Positions 18,616-28,733 of a stretch of 64,000 nt of DNA are shown piece after piece. A program made the position numbers and the translations under genes. Location: the NCBI GenBank assembly GCA_044376115.1, contig JBILLK010000036.1:32001-96000 (forward strand). Direction: 5' to 3'. Source of the DNA: Polyangiaceae bacterium (GTDB lineage: Bacteria; Myxococcota_A; Polyangia; Polyangiales; Polyangiaceae). The notes under the pieces are model-generated. The model was not told where the DNA came from and did no database searches. It was given only the letters and a program-made list of their open reading frames with translations. How positions within the stretch are numbered: the stretch's first letter is position 1; each line of letters begins with the position of its first letter.

Positions 18616-19608
18616 ATGTACGTTGTAGCAGCAGGAGCAAGGAGTTCTGTTGGAGAATCGTTACGCGAGACTCGCCTGAGCCTTGCCGCAGGTATTCGGA
18701 GGTTTCGCCGAACACCCCAGCCAATTGGGCCTTTCGCTGCACTAACGTATGCGCCGGCGTTGGAGGTGGATGTCGAGCCCGCGGAGCGCGCGAGGCTCCT
18801 CTTGGACGCGTCGCTCAACGACTTGTGGGGAGGGCGCGCACACCCATCAAAGCTGGGTATCGTCGTACTGGTGGATCGCCTCGGGCCGAATGTTGCCCCA
18901 GACAGTTCGAGTGAGCGGTTAGCTGCAAAGGTCATGTGGGACGATGTCGAGCGGTTAGACAGCGTCGAAGCCGCTGTTGGAACCCGGTTCGATACAGCCG
19001 TGGAGATGCTTGTGCTCCCCGCGGATGCGTCCGCAGCAGTGAACGGACTTTTGCTAGCAAGAGACTGGCTTGCCACTGGCGCGGTTGAGGTCTGCTTGTT
19101 TGGCGGGCTTAGCGTAGGTTGCGACTTTGCAAGTATGGAGTGGCGTGCCAACCACCAATTGCTGCACCGCTCAGGCGGTGATGAAGGATTGATTCCGGGC
19201 GAGGCGGCGGCCTTTGTCGAATTGCGGGCCAGGGGTAGCGGCATTCATGTGGAGCACATGATGTACAGCCAAAGCACAGAGCCATCGGGGGTAGACGCCC
19301 TCACTGACGCAATGAATCATGTGTTGGGCAACTTGCCAGGGGCTCCTTCCGCCGTCTGGCTCGACGCTAACGGCCTGGTTGGTCGCAAACGAGAATGGGC
19401 TTTGGCTAGTGCCAGAAGTCTTGGACTGCGCAAGCAAACGCCACTGGTACGTGAGCCTTTGCGAGGTCTCGGAGACGTGGGTCCAGCGACCCTTCCGATG
19501 ATGCTTGGTCTTGCATTCGATGGACCTCGAGACAAGGGCCCGATCTTGGGAGTTCTCGCCCATGGGTTCAGTTTTGGGCGAGGGTGCGTAGCGTGGGAGT
19601 CAACTTGA
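18616..19608 (+). CDS. Ketoacyl-synthase/thiolase-fold T6SS accessory protein (PRK06147-like), likely non-catalytic
   Basis: GARSSVG, GLIPGEAAAFV, DANG...RKREW, LGDVGPA motifs; directly follows DUF2169. Confidence 0.75.
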   Translation: MYVVAAGARSSVGESLRETRLSLAAGIRRFRRTPQPIGPFAALTYAPALEVDVEPAERARLLLDASLNDLWGGRAHPSKLGIVVLVDRLGPNVAPDSSSERLAAKVMWDDVERLDSVEAAVGTRFDTAVEMLVLPADASAAVNGLLLARDWLATGAVEVCLFGGLSVGCDFASMEWRANHQLLHRSGGDEGLIPGEAAAFVELRARGSGIHVEHMMYSQSTEPSGVDALTDAMNHVLGNLPGAPSAVWLDANGLVGRKREWALASARSLGLRKQTPLVREPLRGLGDVGPATLPMMLGLAFDGPRDKGPILGVLAHGFSFGRGCVAWEST

Positions 19609-20426
19609 ATCGTCGCGCTATTGTGTTATCCACCGGGCAGCTTGATCCGATTCCGCGTTGCGTACTGGCGCGCTCTTCCTGGGAGCCCGAGCTGGAGGTG
19701 GTTGTTCGAGGTGGGAATGTGGTACGGAGCCTGTCGCTAGAGTTCTCCTTTGCGAGTCCAGACATCCAGGACAGCGGGCCTGCATATGGGCCTTTTTGTC
19801 AGCTCGAGTTAGCTTTATCCTTATTGCGGCCAGGGTTCTTTGGATGGGATGGAGTCACGCCCGGAGTCATAAGTGCCGTTGACCAGCACGCCAACGGACT
19901 GCAACTGGCGCTAACTCTCCCGCGAGCCCGGCCTGAGTTGCCCTTTGCGCTGGCGCGCGCGCTGGTAGGTTTTGCACCTGTTACGGGTATGCGCAGCTTA
20001 CGAATCGTCGAGCTAGGCGCTGAACTGCACCGTCCGATTCGTAGCAGGGAACTCGACGATTGGCGACCCGATATGCCGAGCCTTCCCTATCCCTTTAAGC
20101 GCAGTGGGCGCGAGAGCGGCTCGCCTTGGACGCTGGAGGCCAACTTCCATGGGTTGCTTAGTAAGGAGGACCGGGCTCGGTTGCTCGACCTCTGCCTGGC
20201 TTATGTCGGTATCATGCGTTTGGGTTTACTACCGGGCGAGGGTTGGATTCCGTGCGCACGGGCCGAGCTGGCTCGTGCCGAGGATAGCCTGCCCGACCAG
20301 TGGGCCTTTGACCTGCTTGAGGTAGAGGGACACAATACAGCAATTGCACCGTTGCTTGAGGCGTTAGCCGTGTTGAAGCTGGATACAACACTAGCCAATG
20401 TGGAACTAAACTGTGGCTTCGGATGA
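19584..20426 (+). CDS. Hypothetical protein, last gene of the T6SS island
   Basis: 280-aa ORF co-oriented with and overlapping the upstream gene, same lower-GC composition; no motif recognised; start uncertain. Confidence 0.55.
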   Translation: MRSVGVNLNRRAIVLSTGQLDPIPRCVLARSSWEPELEVVVRGGNVVRSLSLEFSFASPDIQDSGPAYGPFCQLELALSLLRPGFFGWDGVTPGVISAVDQHANGLQLALTLPRARPELPFALARALVGFAPVTGMRSLRIVELGAELHRPIRSRELDDWRPDMPSLPYPFKRSGRESGSPWTLEANFHGLLSKEDRARLLDLCLAYVGIMRLGLLPGEGWIPCARAELARAEDSLPDQWAFDLLEVEGHNTAIAPLLEALAVLKLDTTLANVELNCGFG

Positions 20427-20500
20427 GCACTACGACAGGTGTTCCCCACCCGATTGAATCTTTAGGCCGCTCATACCTTCACCCTCTGGTATCGGTACCT

Positions 20501-21010
20501 ATGCTCTCCTTGCGTCCGCTCGGTTACGTGGCCGTTCTCAGCATTGTCAGCGTTGGGTGCGGGGGCCAAGGTGAAGGGTTCAAGGAAACGGAGACAGCGA
20601 CCTTGCCGCTACCCCGCTCGACGAGCTCGTCCGCGACGCTCACGTGCAAGAAGGCCGGTTGCTCTGACCGGTTCACGGTTCGCCTCAAACAACGCCCCTC
20701 TGATCCGAAGGGCTGGGCTGTGGAGGTCGACCTCAAGGGCAAGCCAGCGACTTGCACCTTTGACTGGAGCCCGACGACCACGAGCGCGACCTGCGGCGAA
20801 GGTTTGAGCATGGCCTTCCACGAGCCTCCGCTCGATGACGCTACGACGGCAACCCTCACCGTCGCGGGGGCGCCGTCGCGCGTGGGCCTCACCGTCAAGC
20901 ACAACGGTGCGCCTATCGAACCGCAGCGCTTCTACGACCCAACGTACGAGACGGACCCAACCGGCACTGCTTGCGGCTGTCAAGCCTCGGGGACGTTCGT
21001 ACTCAAGTAG
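20501..21010 (+). CDS. Hypothetical lipoprotein
   Basis: Hydrophobic N-terminus with SVGC lipobox, CKKAGC and CGC motifs; host-like GC returns here. Confidence 0.65.
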   Translation: MLSLRPLGYVAVLSIVSVGCGGQGEGFKETETATLPLPRSTSSSATLTCKKAGCSDRFTVRLKQRPSDPKGWAVEVDLKGKPATCTFDWSPTTTSATCGEGLSMAFHEPPLDDATTATLTVAGAPSRVGLTVKHNGAPIEPQRFYDPTYETDPTGTACGCQASGTFVLK

Positions 21011-21012
21011 CG

Positions 21013-21441
21013 CTAGTTGCTGCGCCGACAAACCATGCGCACCGCGCGGCCTTCTTCACCCCACGGCGCGATGTTCGTCATCTGCAACACCAACTCGTGA
21101 TCCGAACGCAGCGAGAGGGTGATGCGCCAGCCCCACTCGGGGCTGTCGGCTTCGCCGTCGCCGTAGCGGCCGGTCACGTCCAAGAGCGCCCAGCTCGCGG
21201 TAACGTTGCTGCAGGCCATGCTGGTGCGTGCGTGCCAGCTATCGTTGAAATCGGCGCCCTGCGCGTTGATCGCGAGCCGCCCCTCTTGCGGCCGCCCCTC
21301 GTAACTCCAGCTGTAGGAGATGCCGGCCTCATCGATCGAGACGGTGCAATCACACATCAGAACGTCATTGCCCATCGGGTCGAGCCACAGCTCCTTCTTG
21401 CCACGCCACTGGCTACCCGCGAGATCCGAAAGCTTCCCCAT
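21013..21441 (-). CDS. DUF1579-like beta-barrel protein
   Basis: W.G...LW.DP, YSWSYEGRPQEG, DSWH, EWGWRI, MTNIAP.GEE..AV pattern. Confidence 0.65.
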   Translation of the reverse strand: MGKLSDLAGSQWRGKKELWLDPMGNDVLMCDCTVSIDEAGISYSWSYEGRPQEGRLAINAQGADFNDSWHARTSMACSNVTASWALLDVTGRYGDGEADSPEWGWRITLSLRSDHELVLQMTNIAPWGEEGRAVRMVCRRSN

Positions 21442-21728
21442 GCCGCGGAATTTAACGCGAAGAGGACAGCTGCCCAAGAGCAATGCGGCCGGCGGACGTG
21501 TGCCCCGCAGAAGCGGCGGACTTGTCCTCTGAAGTTAGCGGAGCTGTCCCTGGTGCCCGCCGTTCCACCGTCTTCCGCCGAAGGCGGATGCAGCGAACAG
21601 AATGACTCGTGCCGTCTTCTGAAAGAACGGCCGAAGGCCCCGTGGTCATTGGGACTTTGGCACGAGTCATTGGCCGCAATAAGTTCGATTAAGTCGCGCA
21701 GCCGGAGGTCCACCGTAGCGTGCGAGCG

Positions 21729-22871
21729 ATGAACCCTACCTTGGTCGCTTTGCGCTGCGTTGGTCGTTGCTTGAACCGGGTTAAGCCCTTGGTCGCGCTG
21801 CTCGCGTTGAACGGCGCCGGCTGTGGTGGACTGGTCGTGATGCCGAGTGATGACGAGAGCGCCTCCGACTCCGAGGGCGGCTCCGACGCTGTCGAGCCCG
21901 CTGCGCCCTTGGTGCAAATCTCAGCCAAGTGGGATCACGTTTGCGCCATCGACGAGCGCGGTACGCTCAGCTGTTGGGGCGTCTACTTGAGCGCCACCGA
22001 CGGCATCGCGGAGACCTTTGCGCTCGCGGCTGAGCCGCGCGTCATTGACCCTGGGCATCGTTATCGCAAGGTCTCCGCCGGTATTGGTACCACCTGCGCG
22101 ATTCGAAGCGACGGTAGCCTCTGGTGTTGGGGCCACAACCAAGGAGGCGCACTTGCGACCGGTGACCGACTGCCCAGCGTCGACCCGGTGCGCATCGGTG
22201 AGGCCAGCGACTGGGAGCAGGTCGCGGTGGGCTCGGGCTTTGTTTGCGGTCTGCGCGCAGGAGGGGCGCTCTACTGTTGGGGCGGGCCAGACTACGGCGA
22301 AGTGATCGACGGCCCGCTCGACTCGGAAGCGTTGCTCGTCCCGACGTTCCTCGGCGAAACGTTCATCGCCGTGGACTCGCACTGGTACCGCACCGTGGCC
22401 ATCAAAGCAGACGGCAGCGTTTGGTCCAGCGACAACAACGGTCTGTTCGGCTTCGTCCAAGGCTTTGAAGGCCTCGCGGCAAGCGTTTCGGTCGGGGTGA
22501 GCGAGTTCCAGATCGTCGACCGGGAGGGGGCGCTTTCTCGGCTGCACTTTGTGCAGTACGGCGTCGTCGAGCAGACCTTCGAGCAGCCGAATGAGAGCTT
22601 CACCGACGCACACTCGGCGAGCTACGCGCGCTGCGCCGTGAGTGAGGAGCACGAGCTCTTCTGCGCGCCCAAAGCAACCACCGAGGTGCAACCGCTCGCC
22701 CCGTTCGGCGAAGGCGCAGACTGGACCGAAGTTGGCGTCGGCCAGTCGTTTGGCTGCGGAGTGCGCCTCGATGGCTCGATCTGGTGTTGGGGCACGCTCG
22801 GCAGCGGCTTCACGGGTAGCAGCACGCCGGAGGTCGTAGAGTACGGACCAGCCCCCGTGCGCGTCCAATGA
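21729..22871 (+). CDS. RCC1/BLIP-II repeat beta-propeller lipoprotein
   Basis: Repeated (I/V)SAG..(H/T).CA(I/L)..DG.L.CWG units. Confidence 0.85.
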   Translation: MNPTLVALRCVGRCLNRVKPLVALLALNGAGCGGLVVMPSDDESASDSEGGSDAVEPAAPLVQISAKWDHVCAIDERGTLSCWGVYLSATDGIAETFALAAEPRVIDPGHRYRKVSAGIGTTCAIRSDGSLWCWGHNQGGALATGDRLPSVDPVRIGEASDWEQVAVGSGFVCGLRAGGALYCWGGPDYGEVIDGPLDSEALLVPTFLGETFIAVDSHWYRTVAIKADGSVWSSDNNGLFGFVQGFEGLAASVSVGVSEFQIVDREGALSRLHFVQYGVVEQTFEQPNESFTDAHSASYARCAVSEEHELFCAPKATTEVQPLAPFGEGADWTEVGVGQSFGCGVRLDGSIWCWGTLGSGFTGSSTPEVVEYGPAPVRVQ

Positions 22872-22893
22872 CCAGCGCACGGGGGCGCTTCCG

Positions 22894-23583
22894 TCACTCG
22901 CGTTCGAAGAAGGTCTGCTCGCCTGTCTCGGCATGCAGTGCGCTCATCCCATCCGCGGTGACGCAATACTCGAGCGCGGCCTGTTCAGCCTTAGCGCCCA
23001 CGAGCAGCGTGGTTCCCGACAGCTCGTATGGCTCATTGGCCGACTCGAGCGGCCCACCGACGACGCTGGTGCAGTTGCATAGGGCCCCACGATCGACGCA
23101 GGACACGTCATCGCCCTGCACCACCGAGTCACAGGTAGCGCCCGGCACCATGCAATCCTTCGGCAATAGGATCTCCCAGCCGGCGAACACCTGGCGATCG
23201 ATCTGCACGGTGCCCGCTGCTGCAAACACGGCTGTGCCTTCGATTCGGTAAACGTAGCGGGAGAGTTCGACGCTGCCGTTGCCGCAGGGCTCCTCGAGCC
23301 ACTGCGTTTCTCCGCAGGCCTGCGAATAACGAAAGGCGCCGACGACGTCGCCGCCGCAGGGAGCCGCTTCACAGAAGCTGTTCGCGCCGCCGCCTGCTTG
23401 CTCACCGCCGCCGGCTCCGCCTCCTCCCGAAGAAGCGTTCGCGCCCGAGCCACTCGAGGTCGAGCTTTCGTTGTCTTGGCCACCGGAGCCTGAGGGCTCT
23501 TCATTGCTGGCGCAGGCGAAGGCGAGCGTGAGGGGGCAGGCGAGGAGGAGGCTGAAACGGGAAGATGCGATGCGTTGCTTCAT
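22894..23583 (-). CDS. Hypothetical lipoprotein (Gly/Ser linker, Cys-containing domain)
   Basis: Lipobox AFAC, Gly-rich linker, PCGGDVVG motif. Confidence 0.7.
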   Translation of the reverse strand: MKQRIASSRFSLLLACPLTLAFACASNEEPSGSGGQDNESSTSSGSGANASSGGGGAGGGEQAGGGANSFCEAAPCGGDVVGAFRYSQACGETQWLEEPCGNGSVELSRYVYRIEGTAVFAAAGTVQIDRQVFAGWEILLPKDCMVPGATCDSVVQGDDVSCVDRGALCNCTSVVGGPLESANEPYELSGTTLLVGAKAEQAALEYCVTADGMSALHAETGEQTFFERE

Positions 23584-23761
23584 GCGGCCGTTGTGCACCG
23601 TGCCGCGAGTGAGCGAGCCTTAAAGCACCTTATTCCGGCGCACTGCGACACGCGTGGGGCAGCGCACACAGGAGCTGCGACAGAAGGAGGTCGGTGCCGC
23701 GGTCACTCGGCTCGGATTCAGCGCAATTCGCGCTGGCACGGCTCATGAATAGCAGGCCAGC

Positions 23762-25522
23762 ATGATGCGGCGATTAGCTCTCGGCATGGTCTTGCTCGCG
23801 CCTGCGGGCTGCATCGGCAGCCTCGGTGGTGACGATGACAGCACGGGCAAACCAGGCGAAGAGGAGGTCACCTACGAGACCAGCGCGTTCGCCTGCAAGC
23901 CGGGCCTTCAGCCGACCGAGTTGCCGCTGCGCAGGCTCTCCAACCAACAGTACCGCCGGGCGATGACCGATACGCTGCGCGCGCTGCTCCCGGGCGAGGC
24001 CGACGCGGTGCTCAGCGAGGTGCAGAGCCGCGTCGATGCGCTCCCGCGCGACAAGCGCAGCGGCCCCGATCCGAAGTACGGCGGCTTTCGTCGGCTCGAC
24101 CAAGCCATCTTTCAGGAGACCGTCAGCGGCTCGTATGAAGTGGGGTCTTTGATCGGTAGCGCCGTCGCTTCGAGCGATGCGCGGCTGCAAGAGATCGCCG
24201 GGGCGTGCGCGACCGACGCTGACGCGAGCAACGATGCGGCGTGTCTCGAGGCCTTCGTCGAGAAGGTCGCACCGCGCATTTTGCGCCGCGCGGTGAGTGC
24301 GGAGGACGTCGCTTTCTACGTAGCCGTCGCCGACAGCACGTTGGAGCGCGAAGACTACGGCGACGTGCTCAACGTCCTGTTTAGCGCGCCGGATTTCCTC
24401 TACTTCGTCGAGCAAGGCAGCGGCGAGCCGGTGGACGGTGTGCTCACGCTCACCGCGCATGAGCTCGCCAATCGCTTGTCCTTCCACTTCTGGCAGACGG
24501 TTCCGGATGAGGAGCTGTGGGCGTTGGCGGACGCAGGCTCCTTGAGCGACGAGGCGGTGTACAAGGCGCAGGTTGAGCGGCTTTTCGCTGACGCCCGCAC
24601 GCAACAAGCGCTCGACGAGTTCTACGGCGATTGGCTGGATCCCCAGCATCTCGGGGCGCTCGACGCAGGCGTTGGTTCGCCCGACTACGACGCCTTCACC
24701 GGTGAGTTTTCGCCCTCGAGCGATACCCGCGCGCACATGCTGAACGAGATCGAGCGCATGGGTCGCTACTACTCGGTGGACGCGCCGAGCAGCTTCGACG
24801 AGTTCTTCTTGTCCGACCGCTCCTTCGCTGAGCACGACGACGTGGCCGAGATCTACGGTGTTTCGGCGTGGACCGAGGGCGATCCGCCGGCCCTGCCCGC
24901 CGAACGTCAGGGGCTAACTACGCGAGCGCTCTTGCTCGCGAGCGGCAGCGTCTCCACGCACCCGATCATGAAGGGCGTGTTTCTGCGCAAGACCATCCTC
25001 TGCGACGAAGTGGGTGCACCGCCCGCCGATGCGATGGCTGTCGCCGACGGTACTCAGCCGAGCGGCATCACCTCGCGCGACAAGGCCGTCGCCATCAGCG
25101 AGGCTCGCGCCGATTGCGCCGCCTGCCACGAGACGCTGATCAATCCGCTGGGCTTCGTGACCGAGAACTTCGACGGGCTCGGGCGTTTGCGCAGCAGTGA
25201 GTCGGTTTACGACAAGACCACCGGCGAAGTGATCGGCACGGCCGCCGTGGACACGAGCGCGACGCCGCGGGTCACCTTCGACGACGAGCGCGAGGCCTCT
25301 AACGCCGCCCAGCTCAATAGCTACATGCTCGAGAGCGAGAAGCCGCAGGCCTGCTTCGCTCGACGCTACTTCCGTTTCACCTTCGGCCGCGAAGAAGACG
25401 CCGGTGACGGCTGCTTGCTCGCCGATACGCATGAGGCGCTGCTCGATGGCGGTGACCTCGGCTCGGTGTTGCGCAGCATGGCCCTGGCCGGCCAGTTCAA
25501 GAACAAGTCCTTCACCCCGTGA
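23762..25522 (+). CDS. DUF1592/DUF1588/DUF1595-domain lipoprotein with CxxCH
   Basis: LRRLS..QY, LFSAPDFLY, ELANRLSFHFW...PD..L, THPIMKG, CAACH..INPLGF..ENFD.LGR.R. Confidence 0.9.
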   Translation: MMRRLALGMVLLAPAGCIGSLGGDDDSTGKPGEEEVTYETSAFACKPGLQPTELPLRRLSNQQYRRAMTDTLRALLPGEADAVLSEVQSRVDALPRDKRSGPDPKYGGFRRLDQAIFQETVSGSYEVGSLIGSAVASSDARLQEIAGACATDADASNDAACLEAFVEKVAPRILRRAVSAEDVAFYVAVADSTLEREDYGDVLNVLFSAPDFLYFVEQGSGEPVDGVLTLTAHELANRLSFHFWQTVPDEELWALADAGSLSDEAVYKAQVERLFADARTQQALDEFYGDWLDPQHLGALDAGVGSPDYDAFTGEFSPSSDTRAHMLNEIERMGRYYSVDAPSSFDEFFLSDRSFAEHDDVAEIYGVSAWTEGDPPALPAERQGLTTRALLLASGSVSTHPIMKGVFLRKTILCDEVGAPPADAMAVADGTQPSGITSRDKAVAISEARADCAACHETLINPLGFVTENFDGLGRLRSSESVYDKTTGEVIGTAAVDTSATPRVTFDDEREASNAAQLNSYMLESEKPQACFARRYFRFTFGREEDAGDGCLLADTHEALLDGGDLGSVLRSMALAGQFKNKSFTP

Positions 25523-25545
25523 CGCACGCTGCTCGGAGCAAGACC

Positions 25546-27081
25546 ATGAAGAAGAATGCAAACAACTCGCGGCGGATGTTCCTGCGCGGCATGGGCGGTG
25601 CGCTGCTAACCATCCCCTTCCTCTCCTCGCTGGAGACCAAAGAGTCGAGCGCTGCGCCTACCGGCAAGCCCAAGCGCTTCATCGCGCTCGCAACCAATCA
25701 CGGCGGCGTGCGCGGCAGCAACATGCATCCTGCGCAGGCCACTCTGAGCGACACCCTGGCCTACGCCGGTATCTCGGTGCGGCGCGGTGATCTGCAGCTC
25801 GCCGTGCAGAATGGTCGGGCCTCTCTCTCGCCGGTGCTCTCGGCCGATTCGAGCGTCTTTACGCAAGGCTTGGCCAGCAAGCTCAACGTGCTGCGCGGCC
25901 TCGATGTTGCGCGCTACATCGCCCACAACGAGGGCTCTCACCTCGGCAACGTCACCAGCAACGACCCGAGCGGCACGCCGCTGCTGCGACCCACGCTCGA
26001 TCAAGTGTTGGCCTACTCGGATGCCTTCTACCCGTCGGTGCCGAAGGTGCGGTCGATGAACCTGGCCGCTGTGGGTAGCATCTCGGTGGGCCATGAAAAC
26101 CCGATGGATGCGAACAGCCCGCTGCAGTCGATGCCCAGCTCGCACAGCGTCTACGATCTGTTCGCCGCCGTTTACACTCCGCCCGATCCGACCGAGGTCA
26201 AACGCTCGCCGGTGGTGGACAGCGTGCTCGCCGATTACAGGCGGCTGCGCAATGGTGGCCGCATCTCCAAGGCCGATCGCGACCGGCTCGACGCCCATAT
26301 CGCGCGGCTCGAGGATCTCGAGGCCTCGCTCACCGCGACGCAATCTTGCGGTGAAGTGACCGGCCCGACCGAAGACCCTTCGGGCCCGTGGGTCGGTGAT
26401 TACTTCACCAACCCCGATACGCAGGCGCGCTACCTCAACGCCTACCTCGACGTGATGCTGATCGCGCTGAGCTGCGACACCTGTCGCATCGGTACCGTCT
26501 CCTCCGACATCCTGATGGACTACGTGGGCGCCGACTATCACCAGGACGTGGCGCATCGATCGCACCAAAGCACGCCCGAAGCGCCGCTCGAGGACGTGAA
26601 CGCGCAAGACCACATCCGCGATGGTTCGCAGCGTTACTTCGAACGCGTCTTCTTGCGCTTCATCTCGCGCATGGAGGCGATCGACGATGGCGACGGGCAA
26701 AGCCTGCTCGACTCATCGCTGGTGGCCTGGACGCAAGAGAGCGGCATCCGTACCCACGACAACCTCGACTGGCCGGTGGTGCTCGCAGGCGGCGCAGCAG
26801 GCACGGTGAGCACTGGCAACTTCTGCGACTACCGTCACCTCGCAGGTCCGGCGATCTACGAGGGCAGCAACGACGAGACGAAGCCCGGCCTGATGCTGAT
26901 GCAGTACCACGGCACCTTGCTCCAAGCGATGGGCCTGGATCCCTCGAGCTACGAAGAGAGCGAGTACGGCGGCTACGGCCCGATGATCGATTACGACGCT
27001 GATAGCTGGTTCCCCCACGGTATGTGGAGCGAGACCGTGAAGCACGCAGCGCACGATTGGCTGCCGTTCCTGAAGGCCTGA
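25546..27081 (+). CDS. DUF1552-domain protein with Tat signal
   Basis: SRRMFLRG twin-arginine signal, TLDQ, DRDRLDAH, HQDVAH, SLLDSSLV, H...DWPVVLAGG; usual partner of DUF1592. Confidence 0.9.
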   Translation: MKKNANNSRRMFLRGMGGALLTIPFLSSLETKESSAAPTGKPKRFIALATNHGGVRGSNMHPAQATLSDTLAYAGISVRRGDLQLAVQNGRASLSPVLSADSSVFTQGLASKLNVLRGLDVARYIAHNEGSHLGNVTSNDPSGTPLLRPTLDQVLAYSDAFYPSVPKVRSMNLAAVGSISVGHENPMDANSPLQSMPSSHSVYDLFAAVYTPPDPTEVKRSPVVDSVLADYRRLRNGGRISKADRDRLDAHIARLEDLEASLTATQSCGEVTGPTEDPSGPWVGDYFTNPDTQARYLNAYLDVMLIALSCDTCRIGTVSSDILMDYVGADYHQDVAHRSHQSTPEAPLEDVNAQDHIRDGSQRYFERVFLRFISRMEAIDDGDGQSLLDSSLVAWTQESGIRTHDNLDWPVVLAGGAAGTVSTGNFCDYRHLAGPAIYEGSNDETKPGLMLMQYHGTLLQAMGLDPSSYEESEYGGYGPMIDYDADSWFPHGMWSETVKHAAHDWLPFLKA

Positions 27082-27104
27082 ACAGCCTTAGCGAACGACC
27101 GAAC

Positions 27105-27887
27105 TCAGGGGCAGGGCACGCTGTTGATGCAGTCGATCCGGGCTTGCCCCGGTGAGCTCTCGGCGGCCTTGTAAGTGCCTGCGCCAATTCGAATCGATAG
27201 GTTTTCCAGTGGGAGCAGGAATGCACTCGAGCCGCGGGTGTTCCAGCTCAAGCCGTCGGTCGAGGTCTCGAAAAACATCTCCGTTTCGTCTGCGCGAATT
27301 CGCAGATAGCGGTCAACGTTCGGGTTGTAGCTCCCGTTGGAAAACTCCATCGCGTTGCCGTTGCCCGCAAACTGGAAGCCACCGCCCTCGAGGATCAGGT
27401 TGGCTGCGGCCCCGGTGCTCGGGTCATCCAAGTACACGTAGGTTTGCGCGCCGAGGATCGGGTTGGTCGCCTCGAGCAGGCGGAAGCTGAGGCTGTCACA
27501 GGTGAGGTGGAACACGCCGGGCAGCTCGACCCAGCAGAAGTCGACCGCCGGTGGATCGGGCAGTGGGAACAGGGCGGAGCCGGCGTCGGCCACGACGCAG
27601 CTATGTGGCGACAGCGAGCCGAGCCCGCCGTCAAAGGTCTCCTGAATCGAACTTACCGGCGGGTTGATGAACTCCCCGCACGCGAGCTGCCCACCCATTC
27701 CGCCTTGTGCGCCCAAGCCCCCGCCGGCCATTCCGCCTGCGCCGCCAAGTCCTCCCGCTCCGCCAGCCTCCGACGAGCTCGATCCGCCCGGGTTCTGCCC
27801 GCCGCGGTCATAGCTCTCGAGATCGAAAGCGATCGAACAACCGAACAGCGCCAGCGACCCGAACCCGAGCAACGAAGTACCGCGCAT
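27105..27887 (-). CDS. Hypothetical lipoprotein with Gly-rich linker and beta-rich domain
   Basis: Lipobox LFGC; YLRIR....MFFETSTDG.SW. Confidence 0.7.
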   Translation of the reverse strand: MRGTSLLGFGSLALFGCSIAFDLESYDRGGQNPGGSSSSEAGGAGGLGGAGGMAGGGLGAQGGMGGQLACGEFINPPVSSIQETFDGGLGSLSPHSCVVADAGSALFPLPDPPAVDFCWVELPGVFHLTCDSLSFRLLEATNPILGAQTYVYLDDPSTGAAANLILEGGGFQFAGNGNAMEFSNGSYNPNVDRYLRIRADETEMFFETSTDGLSWNTRGSSAFLLPLENLSIRIGAGTYKAAESSPGQARIDCINSVPCP

Positions 27888-27890
27888 CGC

Positions 27891-28733
27891 TCAAAAGTCT
27901 CCCACGACAACGAGGCCTACCGTCTCGCGCGTTGCGATCGGCGCCAGCGAGAGCTGCGCCGCCGACGAAGAGGCGACGAACGGGCTGGTAAAGAAGAGCA
28001 CCGGCGCCACAGCCAAGGCCGCCAAGCCAACGCCGAGGGAAACATCTGCGGCCAGAAAGAGAGTGCGCGCCTCATCCACGTCTTCGGTGGCACAGCGCGG
28101 AGCACACCCGAGATCATCGAGCGCGCCCTTCTTACTAAGCCCCGCGATCCCGAGCCCCCCGAACAGTGAGAGCCCAACGATCCCGGCGCCACCGACGATC
28201 CAGAAGGCCGGCGAAATCTCGCGTTCCGGCGGCTCCGATTGGACTGCAACCTTGGTCGTAAAGACCACCTCGACGCGCCGCAGTTTGTCGCCCTCGCGCA
28301 CGATCAACGTCTGCTCGATCGGCTCTGAGCCTGTTCGCTCGAGGCGCAGCTTGTGTTCGCCCGGATCGATCTCGATCGCCTTCCCATCCAGCCGATCGAG
28401 CAACACCGTACCGGCCTCGAGCACGCGCGCGTCGGCGATGTCGAGCCCCGCCTCGTCGCGAGCAACGAACACCAAGCTCGGTTGCGCTTTGTCCGCCTCG
28501 CTCAAGAGCGCTGTGCACTCTTGCACCAAAACGGCTGGACAACTCGGGTCCGCGCAGCGCACCAGCGCTTTGCGCGCCGCTTGCAGCTTGCTGCTCTTGC
28601 GCAGCCGCTGCGCCTCGACGTGAGCGGCGATGCATTGTTGCGTCGGCTCTTCAGGCGTTTGCGCGCGAGCCTCCCCAGGTAGGAGCAGGCCAAGCAGTAG
28701 GAAGGAGAGTGCGCGGGTATTCAACGAAGGCAC
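27891..28733 (-). CDS. PEGA-domain membrane protein
   Basis: Signal peptide, CADPSCP..LVQEC helical domain, IEIDPGEHKLR PEGA-like segment, C-terminal TM helices. Confidence 0.8.
   Translation of the reverse strand: MPSLNTRALSFLLLGLLLPGEARAQTPEEPTQQCIAAHVEAQRLRKSSKLQAARKALVRCADPSCPAVLVQECTALLSEADKAQPSLVFVARDEAGLDIADARVLEAGTVLLDRLDGKAIEIDPGEHKLRLERTGSEPIEQTLIVREGDKLRRVEVVFTTKVAVQSEPPEREISPAFWIVGGAGIVGLSLFGGLGIAGLSKKGALDDLGCAPRCATEDVDEARTLFLAADVSLGVGLAALAVAPVLFFTSPFVASSSAAQLSLAPIATRETVGLVVVGDF

Noticed and set aside
7817..20426. The tRNA-like gene as the integration site of the T6SS island
   Set aside because: It lies ~2.6 kb outside the compositional boundary, no duplicated tRNA 3' end was seen at the far side, and there is no integrase.
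23734..23750. TGGCACGGCTCATGAA as a sigma-54 promoter for the DUF1592 gene
   Set aside because: Perfect -24 element but the -12 GC reads GA; plausible, but too weak to list as a feature.
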